Of a stretch of DNA of 64,000 nucleotides, positions 35,885 through 49,314 are shown piece by piece. Numbering within the stretch: position 1 is the first letter of the stretch; every line of letters begins with the position of its first letter. A program made the position numbers and the translations under genes. The notes under the pieces were generated by a model. That model was not told the DNA's origin, ran no database searches, and saw only the letters and a program-made list of their open reading frames with translations. This DNA comes from Mobula hypostoma (taxonomy: Eukaryota): assembly GCF_963921235.1 (NCBI RefSeq), contig NC_086107.1:114268001-114332000 (forward strand), read 5' to 3'.

Positions 35885-38800
35885 TTTGGGCGGTAGCATG
35901 CGTCCGCAGCCGTTTCTCTCTTGGTTCTGGGGTCTGGGGCATTAGCGTGAGCTTTGCACTTAATTACAGCAATTTGCTTGGGCGACTGCACAGCTTGTAG
36001 CAATTTGTTATGAGACACGTGCTGAATGGGTCTACCCGCAGACGCAGTGAACCCCAATGATTCAAAACCATGTAGCACCCCGAAGGCATACCTAGAGTCT
36101 GTACAGACGTTTGCTGTGTACCCATCGTGATAGAGCTAAAAGCTCCGCTGCCTGACCCTTGGGGAAATTTCAAAGGCAGTCGCCATCTCATAGCTTGCCA
36201 ATAGGGTGTGATCGTTAGGCTTGCAAGAAGAGCCGTCCGTAAAGAAGATTAAATCTGGGGTACAGTGGATAGTGACGTAACTATCTCTACTACTTTTACA
36301 CGGTCATGGGTTTCTGAGGACTCCGTCATAGGAACCAGGGTAGTCAGGTTCAGCAACGCACATCAAAGTTGCTTATGAACTCAGCAGGTCAAGCAGCATC
36401 TATAGGAAGAGGTCCAGTCGACGTTTCAGGCCGAGACCCTTTGTCTGAAACGTCGACTGTACCTCTTCCTAGAGATGCTGCCTGGCCTGCTGCGTTCACC
36501 AGCAACTTTAATGTGCGTTGCTTGAATTCCCAGCATCTGCAGAATTCCTGTTGTTTGTAGCCAGGTTGAGTGCGGGTGCTCTTTGAAAAGTCAAATTCGA
36601 CTTGTTGAGTAGGGTGGCTTGGTATCCCGCGCTGCGGGCGGCGGAGCAGGAGGTGTCCGTACCGTGCAGGCTTGGTCGAGTGTTAACGGGGCAGCCTTCC
36701 CGGCCGCTACCACCGCCCTTAAACATCCTGACGCTCCTCTAACCACCGGAGGCAATAGGGTGGAATAATACCACACTGGTTTTAGTAAGCCGCCATGTTC
36801 TTGGGTTAATACTGCCCACTTGCGAAACCCACGTACATCTGGGACGGCTTGCTGTATTCGGGCAATCCTCAGTTCTTTGGATTGTATCAGATGTACCTGG
36901 GTTACTGCGACTTGTAAGGCAGCACCAAAGATGCGGTATTCGGGTACCCAACTTCGGCAGTTATTCGTCATTCCCAGGAAAGCTACCATCACCAATCCTA
37001 CATGATTAGCGTAGGGGTCCCTGTCTATGGAATTCAAGTCGGAACGTAACGCAGTTGCTGCTGATACCCTTGTATCTGGTCCATAATAAGTCACCCCTCT
37101 TTAGTTAGGTGACGTTCTGCTTTCTAATACCCGTCTCACCATAGCCCCCAAGACTTTACGCTTAAAAGGTTTCCCTGCCAGCGAGACACGGGACGCTGAA
37201 TGTGGGGCCCCGAGAAAGAGTTCCTAGTGTTTCCTTTTGAGCTGAACCTCAGTTGCTATTCCCTCAGGGCCAAAATTGCCCTACCCGATAGAAATATTAG
37301 CCCCCTCTTGCCTTCATGCAGATTCACTTGGTTACTATCATCGCCATCGGGATCTGTATCCCAATGTAGTGCAGTTGCTAGTTTACAAGTTCCGATCAAA
37401 TCAGCCACGAATTCTCCAACTTTAATGGCGACTTCTATTCGCAGCCAGAACCTGCCCAGAGTTTTCCCCAACTTGCCAGCGGTAGAGAGCGGCTGGACTT
37501 TCTGTTTGCTCCGTTTTATAGTGCGGAGCTCAGATAATCTATTCTCAGGGATTTCAAGGTACAAACCTTCGGAGGTACAATGAATAACGGCATCTAATTT
37601 ACAGAGTGCTTTGCGTCCAAGCGAATTAAGAGGCGAGTTCTCTGCTATAACGAATGTTTCATCAGTCAGAAATTTCCCCAGCTTTACTTCAACGGACTCG
37701 GACAGGGGTTCTATCATAGAAATTCTGGCTATTACTACGGTCTTAATACTTTGTCTGCCTTTTCGTCTTGCCTCTTCAGATCGGCCAGTTTAAAAGAATA
37801 TGCTCCCTCTGGTCAGAGACAGTTTATAAATGATTGCGCTGTCAGTGGGTTCTTTCCTGCTAGGGGTAAGACCATAAGGCATAGGAGCAGAATTAGGCCA
37901 TTCAGCCCGTCGAGTCTGCTCCGCCATTCCACCATGGCTGATCCTGGATCCCACTCAGCCCCATACACCCATCTTCTCGTCCTATCCTTTGATGCCCTGA
38001 CTGATCAGGAAACAATCAGCTTCCGCCTTAAGTGTATGCACGGACTTGGCCTCCAGCGCACTCCGGGACAGAGCGTTCCACAGACTTACTACTCTTTGGC
38101 TAAAAAAGAAATCCTACTTACTTCTGTTCTAAAGGGTCGCCCCTCAATTTTGAGGCTGTGCTGGATACCCCTGCCATAGGAAACTTCCTCTCCTCATCCA
38201 CCCTATCTAGTCCTTTCAACATTCAATAGGTTTCAATGAGATCTCCCTCGCATACTTCTAAATTCCAGTGAGTACAGGCCCGAAGCTGCCAAACGCTCCT
38301 CATATGTTGCTGTTGCTAATGGGTTGTTTCCTGCTGGGGCTACTTCTGCGCAAGCTTCCCAAGTGTCTTTAAACTGGGCAATAAAATCAGTAATAACCTC
38401 CCCCTTCTTTTGGAGACATTTAGTTACTTCTCCAAAGTCGCCGAGTTACCTGGCTCCTGCAAGAGTGGCGTTTTTTTGCTCTTGTTCAGCCAATCATTCA
38501 TTCCATCAGTAGGACTCCTGTCATCAATCTCCTCATTCCCTGGGTGGAGGGGCCCTGTCCCCTTGGGGCATATTGGGAAATCCTGTTCTAACTCCCGGCC
38601 AGGAAGTTCCATAGGCTACCCTGAGCAATGCCTGGACATCCCCAGGTAATAGATTAAAAACTTGGCAAGTCTGGACCGACCAGCTGTGGAAAGCTACCGG
38701 TTTTCTTCGCTCATCATGCTGCGTGCCTCCGCCGGGATCCAGGGGTTATGTATCAGGACATTCCCTACCATTATGCAAGGAGCCTGGAACAGAGTCTAAG

Positions 38801-39245
38801 CTATTTGTTGCCACTGCTGTTGGCAGGACAGTATTTGTATTATTTCCATATCATCCAAAAGTTCCAAAGAAGGGGGAAGGGTGCTATTCGAGGATATAGT
38901 CCAGTGCCTGAGGCAGTCGGAGCTGAGGGTCTTGATGGGGCACCTTGGCCTTCTATGCAATTTGTTCTTCCTTTTTTTTAGGTCTAACCTTCGGAAGCTG
39001 GTGCCATTTAAACACCTCTTCCCATTTGTGAGAAGACCACACCATATACTCTAAATCCCATTTAGGGTCTCTGTCCCCAGCTTTTGTCTCATTTCCCCAG
39101 TATGGAATCTTTTTAGATCCAAGGATCTGTCATGAAGACAATCCCACAACTCCACCCACAGGGGTCACGAGAAAAAGTTACAGAGTACCTGCTATCTCCT
39201 GTTTCCAACCAAACCTTGTCCTCGGGGGACCCCGGGGGAAACCAA
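35885..39245 (-). mobile_element. Endogenous retrovirus relic 2 (class I, epsilon/gamma-like gag-pro-pol, many deletions)
   Basis: Gag MHR-like DFGEVTKCLQKKGEVITDFIAQFKDTW (~38360-38440) and SFINCL*PE (~37810); protease tail SPLNSLGRKALCKL (ORF 37256-37717); RT end AFLGMTNNCRSWVP and connection VLTQEHGGLLKPVWYYS..L; RNase H LIFFTDGSS, TDSRYAFG, IAVIKCKAH. Confidence 0.82.
37868..38310 (-). mobile_element. CR1 3' fragment inserted in ERV gag
   Basis: AGGAGCAGAATTAGGCCATTCAGCCC CR1 3' terminus; gag-like frames on both sides. Confidence 0.8.
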
Positions 39246-39391
39246 CGGTCTGCTCCACTGTCCAGCTGTGCTTGATTAATTTTCCCTCTCAAACCCCATT
39301 CCCCTACCTTCTCAACATAACCTTTGCCACCCTCACTAGTTAAGTGCCTATCATCCTCAGCATTAAATGCACCCAATGACTTGGCCTCCAC

Positions 39392-40373
39392 ACGATGTTC
39401 CCTGTAAGGCGTGCGCATGCACACATCTTTTGCTAATAGCCCACAAAGGAATTTAGACTGCACACAAAAAGTTGTCACCCTCTACCTCGTAGGCATGTTA
39501 AAAATACTTCTACATATTGAAGACATATTTCAAATTTCAACAAATTAACCAGATTTCTTCACCTAATCTATTTCACTTCTTATAATGTATCACTCTGCGA
39601 CTGGTAGCAAGCCTTGCATGTTCTCAGCTGTCACTGTGCAGGGCTGTGGAAATCGTACAGCCCGAAGCCCAGGGCTGGCCTTTTTTGATGCCGGGATATG
39701 CCATTTTTTTGTCAAAAAGTCCCAGGCTATTGCATCTCAGATAAGTAAAACTCTTTCATTTTGATGAATACACTATTTATCAAAATAAAACACTGTCTTC
39801 CACTATATGAAAGTCAAGAAGGCAGAATGAAACCAGCAACTTCAGTATCTTGTTCAACTTTGTGTAATTAAGCTACAAAATCTGTGCTGTATGCAATGAT
39901 TTCCAAATAAAATGCCTATCTGGATATTTAGTCAACTAGATTTGTAATTGAATGAATTTATGACCATTTCAAACAAACTAAATAATATGTGAAAAGATTA
40001 ATAACATTATTCTCTGTTTTTGTGGATGTTTTGCAAAGAAAAAGCATCTCAGGATGTATATTGTATACATCTCAGGATGTATATTGTATACATTTCAGGA
40101 TGTATATTGTATACATTTTTCTGACATGAAATTGAACCTTTGACCATGCGGTTGTGTAGCGTATGAGAAATGAGACTTATTGATGGGTATCATGTTGTTT
40201 CTTTTAAACAATGATCAACAAACTGGACTTAGTAGTTTATTATCCTTTGAATAGCTCTGGGTTTAGTTCCACTTAAAAACTCAGTGCGCACATATTGTTG
40301 TCACTGGACAAAAGAAGTTGCACTGCATAAGATTTTTGCGCACACTGGTCATTACAAATTGGAGGGAACATTG
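39392..40373. mobile_element. Non-autonomous hAT (MITE-like) element, ~980 bp
   Basis: Imperfect TIRs GATGTTCCCTGTAA / TTGGAGGGAACATTG; TSD GCCTCCAC (39384-39391) / GCCACCAC (40374-40381); splits a CR1 3' fragment that rejoins across it. A related end CACTGTTCCCTCTAAG occurs at ~50430. Confidence 0.7.
40045..40116. repeat. 23-bp tandem repeat x3
   Basis: CATCTCAGGATGTATATTGTATA repeated three times. Confidence 0.9.
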
Positions 40374-40459
40374 GCCACCACGGCTGCCCATGGCAATGAA
40401 TTCCTCCTCATCTCTTTTCTACAAGGATGTCCTTCAATTCTAAGGGTGTGCTCTCTAGT

Positions 40460-41016
40460 TATAGACAATAGACAATAGGTGCAGGAGTAGGCCATTCAGC
40501 CCTTCGAGTCAGCACCACCATTCACTGTGATCATGGCTGATCATCCGCTATCAGTATCCAGTTCCTGCCTTATCCCCATAACCTTTGGTTCTGCTATCTT
40601 TAAGAGCTCTATCCATCTCTTTCTTGAAAACATCCAGAGACTTGGCCTCCACTGCCTTCAGGGGCAGAGCATTCCACATATCCACCACTCTCTGGGTGGA
40701 AAAGTTTTCCCTCAACTCCGTTCTAAATGGCCTACCCCTTATTCTTAAACTGTGGCCTCTGGTTCTGGACTCACCCATCAGCCGGAACATGCTTCCTGCC
40801 TCCAGCGTGTCCAATCCCTTAATAATCTTATATGTTTCAATCAGATCCCCTCTCAGCCTTCTAAATTCCAGAGTATACAAGCCCAGTCACTCCAATCTTT
40901 CGACATATGACAGTCCCGCCATCCCGAGAATTAACCTCGTGAACCTACGCTGCACTCCCTCAATAGCAAGAATGTCCTTCCTCAAATTTGGAGACCAAAA
41001 CTGCACACAATACTCC
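40460..41016 (-). mobile_element. CR1 3' fragment
   Basis: EYCVQFWSP...LEFRRLRGDLIETYKI; (TATTGTC)n tail. Confidence 0.9.
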
Positions 41017-42964
41017 ACACGGACTCTCCCACTATTAAATTCACCTTTCACCCTTAACCTATGAGGTCTAGTTCTTGTCTCATCCAACCTCAGTGGAAAA
41101 AACCTACCTGCTTTAATCAGAATCAGAATCAGAATCCTTTATTATCGCCAAGTATGTGGACACATACAGGGAATTTGATGCCGGCTTCTCTGAGCTCTTG
41201 CTGTACAGAATCAAAAAACAAACAAAACAATAGTGCAAATAATCGTGAACTATATACAACGAGGTGTACCTATGTATGTACAGGTGCACTTGGTTTATAA
41301 TAGACTAAAATTCAAGTGTTCATAAGACTGATGGCATACGAAAAGAAACTGTAACCCTATATATACACCTCATGCTATGTATACCTCTGTAAGATCGCCC
41401 CCATACTCCTGCACTCCAGGGAATAAAGATCTAACCTGTACAACTTTTCCCGAAAAACCCAGGTTCTGAAGTCCAGGCAACATCCTTGTAAGTTTTCTCT
41501 GGACTCTTTTTCAAACTTATTGATAAATTCCCCGATTAGATGATTAGTGAGAGAAGTACTAAAGTGGCTTTTATTTCAAGACAGTTAGAATTTCAGCATA
41601 GGCCAAGAACTGGCACAGTTGTGCAGGATGTCAGGAATATTACAGCTGGAATACTCTGAACAATTTCAAAGTTCAAAGTAAATTTACTATCAAAGTGCAT
41701 AAATGTCACCATATACAACCCTGAGATTCATTTTCTTGTGGGCATACTTAACAAATCTATAGAATACTTTATACTTTATTGTCGCCAAACAATTGATACT
41801 AGAACGTGCAATCATCACAACGATATTTGATTCTGCGCTTCGTGCTCCCTGAGTACAAATCGATAGTAAATATTAAAAATTTAAATTATAAATCATAAAT
41901 AGAAAAAGGAAAGTAAGGTAGTGCAAAAAAACCGAGAGGCAGGTCCGGATATTTGGACCATGATAACCATAACAAAATCACTGAAAGACCGCACAACTAG
42001 GGCGTTCAACCCAGAGTGCAGAAAGCAAACTATGGAAATGCAAAGAGAAGAAACAACAATAATGAATAAATAAGCAACAAATATCAAGAACTTGAGATGA
42101 AGAGTCCTTGAGGTGAGGCCATTGATTGCGGGAACTGTTCAGTGATAGGGCAAGAGAAGTTGAGTGAGGTTATCCACTTTGGTTCAAGAGTGTGATGGTT
42201 GAGGGATAGAAGCTGTTCCTGGAGTAATTTGACCTCTTGTTTATAAAAAGACTTGGGAACGTGTCCAAAAGAGGTTCACCAGGGATGAAAGACACGGAAA
42301 AGTGAAGATGCTGGACCAGCATATGAGGCAGGAACTTGGGACTGTTTACTGGGGCCCTTGGTAAATTGATTTATTATTGTCACGTGTACAGAGGTACAGT
42401 GAAACACTTTGTTCTGCATGCTGTTTCCACAGATCACTGCGTTACAGCAAGTCAGTGAAAAGGTAAAGCAATAACAGAATGCAGAATAAAGCGTTACCGA
42501 TACAGGGACAGTACAGTGCAGGCAGACTGTGAGGTGAAGAGCCTAACCTTGATGTACTAGGGGATCAATTGTTGGTCTGATAACAGAGGGGCAGAAGCTG
42601 CCCTTTGAGCCTGGTGATTCATGCTTTCAGACTTTATGACCTTCTGCCCAGTGGCAGGGGTAGAGGAGCGAATGCCTGGGATGGGTGAGATCTTTACTGA
42701 GGCAGCAGTAAGTGTACACAGAGTCCGCAGAGGGAAGGCTGGTCTCCATGTGTCCTGGGCTATGTCCACAACTGTCGGCCGTTTCTAGAGGAAGATCTCT
42801 GTCTGGGCAAGTCCACGTCTGACATGTGGAGGGTGTTTGAAAACCAGCTGCACGGAGTACCAGATAGGTATGTTCCAGTAAAAAGAAAGGCCAAGGATGC
42901 AGGGACAGGGGAACCTGGACATCGAGAGAGGTGGTGCATTTAGTCAAGAAGACCAAGGAAACAT

Positions 42965-43365
42965 ATCACACAAAACATTGGCAGCTTCTATGGGAAAGAA
43001 TGAACAGTCAATGATTAGGGCCAAGCCCCCTCTTCAGGACTGAGAAGAAAGGGGGAAGATACCAGAGTAAAAAAAGTGGGGAATGTTACAGAGGATAGCT
43101 AAAAGGTGATAGGTGAATCCAGGTGGGTGGGAAAGGTCAAGGGCCGGAGAAGAAGGAATCTGATTGGAGAGACAGTGGACCCGGGGAAAGGGGGAGGAGG
43201 GGACCTGGGGGGAGTGGTAGGAATAGAGGATGGGGATGAGGATTTGTCTGCTGGAAGGAGAAACTGATGCTCGCGCCATTCGGGTTAGAAGCCGCCCAGA
43301 TGGAATATAAGGTGTTGCTCCTCCACCCTGAGGGGGGCCTCGTCTTAACACAAGAGAAGGCCACA
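42965..43365 (-). mobile_element. Penelope-like 3' fragment
   Basis: Homologous to 20760-21200; degenerate hammerhead region at ~43005-43042. Confidence 0.7.
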
Positions 43366-43419
43366 GATTCCCAGAGGGAACTTGGGAGTTGCTTCCCCAT
43401 GCTGAGGACGGAGGGAAAC

Positions 43420-43900
43420 AATATGTAGGTTTTAAAAGAAACTAAAGTATCACAGAGCCCTTGAGAATCAAGGACAAAGCCAGAAAAGAAGGGAATCAGG
43501 AGAGCCAAGAGGGGCCATGAAACGTCTTTGGCAAGTAGGGTTAAAGAGAATCTCAAGGCATTCTGTACGTACCGAACAAGAGGATAACTAAGGAGAGGGG
43601 AGGAGAAGGAGGGAACTTGTGCGTCGAGGTGAAGGATGTGGGTGAGGTGCTAAAGGAGTACTTTGCATCAGTATTTACCAAGGAAAAGGACATGGTGGAT
43701 AGAGTGGGACGTGCTAATATGCTTGGGCAGTTTGAGATAAACAGAGGTGCATTAAGGTGGATAAGTCCCCAGGGCCGGAAGGAATCTACCCCATGTCACC
43801 AACAGAGGCAGGATTGTGAGGTGCCTTGACCGAGATCTTTCTTTCCTCAGACAAGGTCCCAGAGGACTGGCGAGTAGCTAATGTTGCCCCATGTTCAAGC
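43420..43900 (+). mobile_element. CR1 internal fragment
   Basis: VKENLKAF...VLKEYFASVFTKE...DKSP, EDWRVAN. Confidence 0.75.
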
Positions 43901-44215
43901 CTAGGGCGCCCTCCATTGGTCAGGGTCATCCATGGATACTGTGTCCTAGCTGTCTATATGATACACTAGACAGTATGCGAGCCAGGGATGTACGATATGG
44001 CGAGTAAGCTGTTACCCACGCAGTAGGCTCCCCCTTCCCCTCTACACACAGCTGATGAATCCAAAGGAACAACAGAGACCAATTAGGTTTGGCACCAGTT
44101 GTGTCACAGGAGTTGCCAATTGTATTGAACTCAACATTGGACTGTCTCTGGATTTTTCCCTCGGAGTTTACTCCTGAAGCCTTCCCCATCAGTGGGTATA
44201 GCTGCAAGACAGTGG

Positions 44216-44975
44216 AGATAGATAGGTATACTTTATTGATCCCGACGGAAATTGGGTTTCGTTACAGCCACACCAACCAAGAACAGAGCGTAAATATAGC
44301 AATACCAAAACCACAAACAATCAAACAATGAAATGCAAACTATGCCAGATGGAAAATCAGTCCAGGACCAGTCTATTGGCGCAGGGTGTCTGACCCTCCA
44401 TGGGAGGAGCTGCACGTTCGATGGCCACAGGCAGGAACGACCTCCCGTGCCGCCCAGTGTTGTATCTCGGTGGAATATGGCCAAAGTCCAACAGTAAAAA
44501 GTTCAATATCCGGTCTACAAACACGTTCCTCGATCGTAATATGACCCGGATTGCATCATCTGTTGTCAACCAGAACAGCAAGCCCCCAACTCCTTTACGC
44601 TTACTGCCCTCAGTGCACTTCCGGTCAGCCCGAACGGTCTGGAAGTCATCCATGGAGAAGTTTTGATCGGGTATGTCCTCGTGCAGCCCCGTTCCAGTGA
44701 AACATGTGACACTGCACTCCCGAAATGTTCTCTGACGCCTGGCTAGTGCCGTGAACTCATCCATTTTATCACCCACCGAACTCCTCTTCTCCATAAGTCT
44801 CTGTTGTCTCGACCCAGTCCTCTTTCCTCGCCTTTGTGATCCCCTCTGCATTCTCTGTGTGTTTTCCTCCAGATTTCAGCAAGGGTGTCCGCCGCTCTGC
44901 TCGCTAAACCAGCCGGCATTAGCGCAAACAGCTGGTCCCTGGAATACACAATGCGACCTTGCTTCTGTCCCGCGT
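44216..44975 (-). mobile_element. Second, longer copy of the internally deleted Rex1-derived element
   Basis: Reverse complement matches 13322-13868 across the same deletion junction; extra 5' part YSRDQLFAL...NKMDE-like. Confidence 0.72.
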
Positions 44976-46619
44976 GTCGGGTTTGAGATCAGAGTTTTCC
45001 TTCTCCAAGATGAGCTGCCAACCACAACTGACATGCCCCATCTGCCCGAAGGCTCCAGCAAACTGCCTTTGCCCCTTCACCCGTCAGTAGAAATGATTCC
45101 ACCAGACTTCGTGGTTAGGCCACACGTGAAGGCCAGGAGCTGGACTTGATTGTCAGAGGCTATTTGAGACACACACCACTGGGAGTATTTAATAAGTAGT
45201 GGGAACTTACTCCCATTACCACCCCCAGCTGTAAGGAACCAGGGAGAGAGACATTTGTTCATAAAATTATGAGACATATACAAACGTAGATGGAGTAGCC
45301 AATGAAATTTTTTTCCCCCAGAGTTGAGATATCTAATACCAGAGGGCATGTACTTAAGGCAAAAGGAGAAAGCTCAGAGGAGGTTTTACACAGAGAGTGA
45401 TGAATGCGTGGAATGAGCTGGCAAGAGTGGAGGTCTAGGCGCGTAGGATAAAGGAGATTAAAAGCCTGTTAGACAAACACATAAATATGGAGATATGGAT
45501 CACAACAGGCAGAGGAGGTTTAGTTTAATGTGGCACAGTCATGGAAGGCAAATGCAATGTTAGCATTCATCTCGAGAGGACTCGAATATAAAAGCAAGGA
45601 TTTAATGTTGAAGCTGTGGAAGGTGTTTGTCAAAACATTTGGATATGGCCCCAAGTACACAGAGAGAGATTGAAGCGGGCCAACAGTTTACTGGCTTTAA
45701 TAAGAACTGTTACATAATTGAAAGAAAAAAAAATCAATATACACAGGCCAACAGGGCCGTTAACTAAAGCTCTCAAAGTGAAAGTTAATGTCAACACTGT
45801 GCTGGAAGCAATGACTTGCTGCGTCAGTCGAAACGGTTATCCTCTTTCTCGGGCAAGGAGGAGCGTAAACATTGCTGTGCTGTTGCTCAAGTCTCGACAG
45901 GACTGGAACGAAAAGTAAAATGCTGACGTAATGAGACTGTAATTAGCTGGAATGTGCATGCTCACAAACGCAATTGCTGAACCTGCCACATAGTCAACAT
46001 CTGCAGATGTGTAGACGCCACAGTGGAGTCCATGGTTGTGATGGTGTTGGCCCCTGTGAAAAGAATTAAACTGAACTGAATTAACTTTATTTCTTACATC
46101 ATTCACGTACATGAAGAGTAAAAATCTTGATGTTACATCTCCGTCTAAATGTGCAATGTGCAATCATAGTAATTTATAACAATTTAAAATAAATAGAACA
46201 GTCAGTGTAACATAGAATACACTCAAGATGTGCTGACATTGGAAAGGATCCAGGGAATGTCTATGAGAGTCATCCATGGTTAACATTGGAAGAACACTTG
46301 ATACGTTCTTGACCTGCACTCACTGGAATTTAGAAGAATGAGAGAGAGGTCTAGTTGAAGTCTACCAGATGTTGAAAAGCCTAGTAAAGTGGACGTGGAG
46401 AGGATATTTCCTGTAATGGGGGGGATCTAGGACCAGAGTGCACAGTCTCAGAAGAAAAGGACATCTCTTTAGAACAGGGATGAGGAGGAATTTCTTTAGC
46501 CAGTGAATCGATGGAATTCCTTGCCACAGATGGTTATGGAGGCCAAGTCATTGGGGATATTTAAAGCAGAAGTTTATGGGTTTTTGATTAGTCAGGGCAT
46601 CAAGATTTATGAGTCAGTA

Positions 46620-47420
46620 CACAGGGGTGAGGTAGGACACCTGCTTGAGTGATGCCCCAACAACAGCCTCACAAGGTGAGGTAAACTAAACAGCTGATGG
46701 TTGGCTTCAGGAGGGTGAACATGTGCCTGTCTACATTGGGGGATTGGTGGTAGACAGAGTCAACAGCTTAAAATCGTCCTGGCCCGGCACACAGTTGCAA
46801 GCGCAAGGAAGCCGAGCCAAAGACTTTACTTTCCTTGGACGGGAAATTGTTTCAGCTTTTCCCAAATACTCTAACAAACTTCTACAGATGTACAATTGGA
46901 AGTGTCCTGATCGGCCTGGTATGGTGATTTGAACGTGCAGGAATGTACAGTATGAAGCCGCAGAGAGCAGCGGTCCCAGACCAACACCAACGCACCACCC
47001 ACTATATCTTCAGGAGGCTCTAATTCAGAAAGGGAACATCTATCATCAAATATCCCCGCCATGGGGCAACTCTGCCTTCTCTCAGCTCTCATCGGGAAGG
47101 AGTTACAGAAGCCTGAAGTCCCACACCACCAGGTTCAGGAACAGCGACAGTACTTCCTTTCAACCATTTGGTTCTGGAACCAACCCTAGTCACCACCCCA
47201 AGCAACACCATGACCACTTTGCAATAAAGTAGACCTTGTTTTTATTCTAATTGTGTTCTTTCTTGTAAAAATTATGTATAATTTATGTTTAATGTGTGCA
47301 TTTTTTCTTGTGAGTGCTGCTTTATCTGATACTATGCGGTTGTGATGTTGCTGCAAGTAAGCTTTTTCCATTTCACCTCTGCATACAAGCACTTGTGTGC
47401 GTGACAATAAACTCAAATTT
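46620..47420 (+). mobile_element. Rex1/Babar 3' fragment, decayed
   Basis: PVYIGGLVVDRVNS...SGRSYRSLKSHTTRFRNS and 3' UTR with AATAAA. Confidence 0.65.
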
Positions 47421-47849
47421 AACCTTGAGAACAGTCAACATTTCTGGCCCTCTCTGCTGGACTGAGCGAGCAGTTGCTTCTGGCTAGGCTCACAATACCA
47501 AACCAATTATCTCACTTTAATTAAAGGAATTATTTCTTTTCAAACTCCAGATAATGGAATGGGAGGGGAGGAGGAAACATTTCCTCTGGGCAGTGTCAGC
47601 CAATCCAGAATATCCAGAGACACCATGTAATGCCAGAAGTAGCTTCTCAAATATTAGTCTTATTAGTCAGCAAGTGTGCCACATAGATAGAGAAAAACAA
47701 ATAGGCAAGATATGTTGAGAGATTTTTACAGCTAGCTACAGAATAATAAGGATGAACATAAATTTTTACACAGGCCCACTTCCATCATACCCAAACTTTT
47801 TCACAGTTAAAAACTTAAATTGTATATTGCACTGTAAGAAAATTTTAGT

Positions 47850-48312
47850 TAAAGCCCTCCCAACCACTGAACACATCTACATGAAACACTGCCATAGGAA
47901 AGCAGCATTCATCATCAGAGATCCTCACCACCCAGGCCAAGATCTTTTCTCGCTGCTGTCTTCAGGTAGAAGGTACAGGTGCCTCAGGACTCGCACCACC
48001 AGGTTCAAGAACAGTTACTACCCCTCAACCATCAGGCTCTAAATAAAAGGGGATAATTACACTCATCTACTGAGATGTTCCCGCAACCAATGATCTCACT
48101 TTAAGGACTCTTTATCTTGATATTGCATGCTCTTGTTATTTATTGCTATTTATTTATAGTTGCATTTGTATAGTTTGTTGTCTTCTGTGTTCTTGCTCTT
48201 TCATTGATCCTGTTTATAGTTACTATTCTATAGATTTGCTGAGTATGCCCACAGGAAAATGAATCTCAGGGTTGTATGTGGTGACATGTATGTACCCTGA
48301 TAATAAATGTTA
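47850..48312 (+). mobile_element. Rex1/Babar 3' end
   Basis: KAAFIIRDPHHPG..LFSLLSSGRRYRCLRTRTTRFKNSYYPSTIRL plus 3' UTR. Confidence 0.85.
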
Positions 48313-48914
48313 CTCTGAAACATGAGCCCTATAAATAGCAATGAATAAAATTCTAGTTAGCTTTGTCCCTCACAGTTACCAGGGATATGGCGTGTGCCTC
48401 TTCAAATGATAGAACAATATCTTTAAATCCATGAACTGGTGCAAGATGAATATAAAATCTATGCTCCCACCATTTCATCAAAATGCCAATAACCTGCTTA
48501 AACATGCTTTGATTGTTTCCACCCTATAAACTTTCATGAATGGCTGGCACAAGTTGAACAAAGTTCCATTAAGTGATGTCTGCAATAGCTAGTGAAAATC
48601 AATTCAGAGATTCGGGAAGATGAGAGCAGGTCAAAGAAGGTTCTGAACACTCGTATTGAATAGAGGAAGAGGAAGCGAAAGGCACCAGCATACCCCACAG
48701 GTACATGTCCAAATAAAATAATGAAACCACAGAAGATTGTTCTTCAGATCAATGGCAGGTGAAGCCCAAAGGACATGGACAAAGTTCATAATCTTGTCAA
48801 GGTCAGTGATCAAAGCCCAGTTCTCAACAATTCTCAATTCATTTCTCTGGTGCACACACCTTCATCACTCACCTAACAACAAGCATCAATCACAACTTTA
48901 ATATTTATATATAT

Positions 48915-49282
48915 TCTCCCTCCATCCCCATCCCCCTACCTCTACCTCTCCCTCCGTTTCTCTCCCTCTCTCTCATTCTCACTTTCCCTCTCTCTTACTC
49001 TTTCTCCCTCATTCTCTCTCCCTACCCCCTCCCTCTCTCTCACCCTCTCATTCTCTCTCTCCCTTTCTCACTCCTCTCTCTCATTCTCTTTCTCTCATTC
49101 TCTCTCTCACTCACTCTCTCTCCCTCCCCATCCCCCTACCCCTCCCCTCTCTCTCCTCCTCTCACTCTCCCCCTCTCCCTCTCTCATTCTCACTTTCTCT
49201 CATTCTTCCTTCACCTTCCCCCCTCGTTCCCCTCTCCCCGCTCACTCTCCCCTCCCTCCCTCCTTCCCTCCCCACCTCCTAC
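48915..49282. repeat. Polypyrimidine (CT-rich) low-complexity tract
   Basis: About 370 bp almost entirely C/T. Similar tracts at ~52640-52960 and ~59680-59990; GA-rich tracts at ~11640-11800 and ~14000-14175. Confidence 0.9.
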
Positions 49283-49314
49283 AAGTCTGCTGTTAACACA
49301 TTTTGTTATTGGTA

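Noticed and set aside
39225..39245. Primer-binding site for ERV relic 2 (TGGTTTCCCCCGGG on the minus strand)
   Set aside because: Only a loose resemblance to tRNA 3' ends and no adjacent 5' LTR; a CR1 fragment abuts it.
45628..45990. Possible solo LTR (TG...CA); similar guess for ~60820-61200
   Set aside because: No convincing TSD or second copy in the window.
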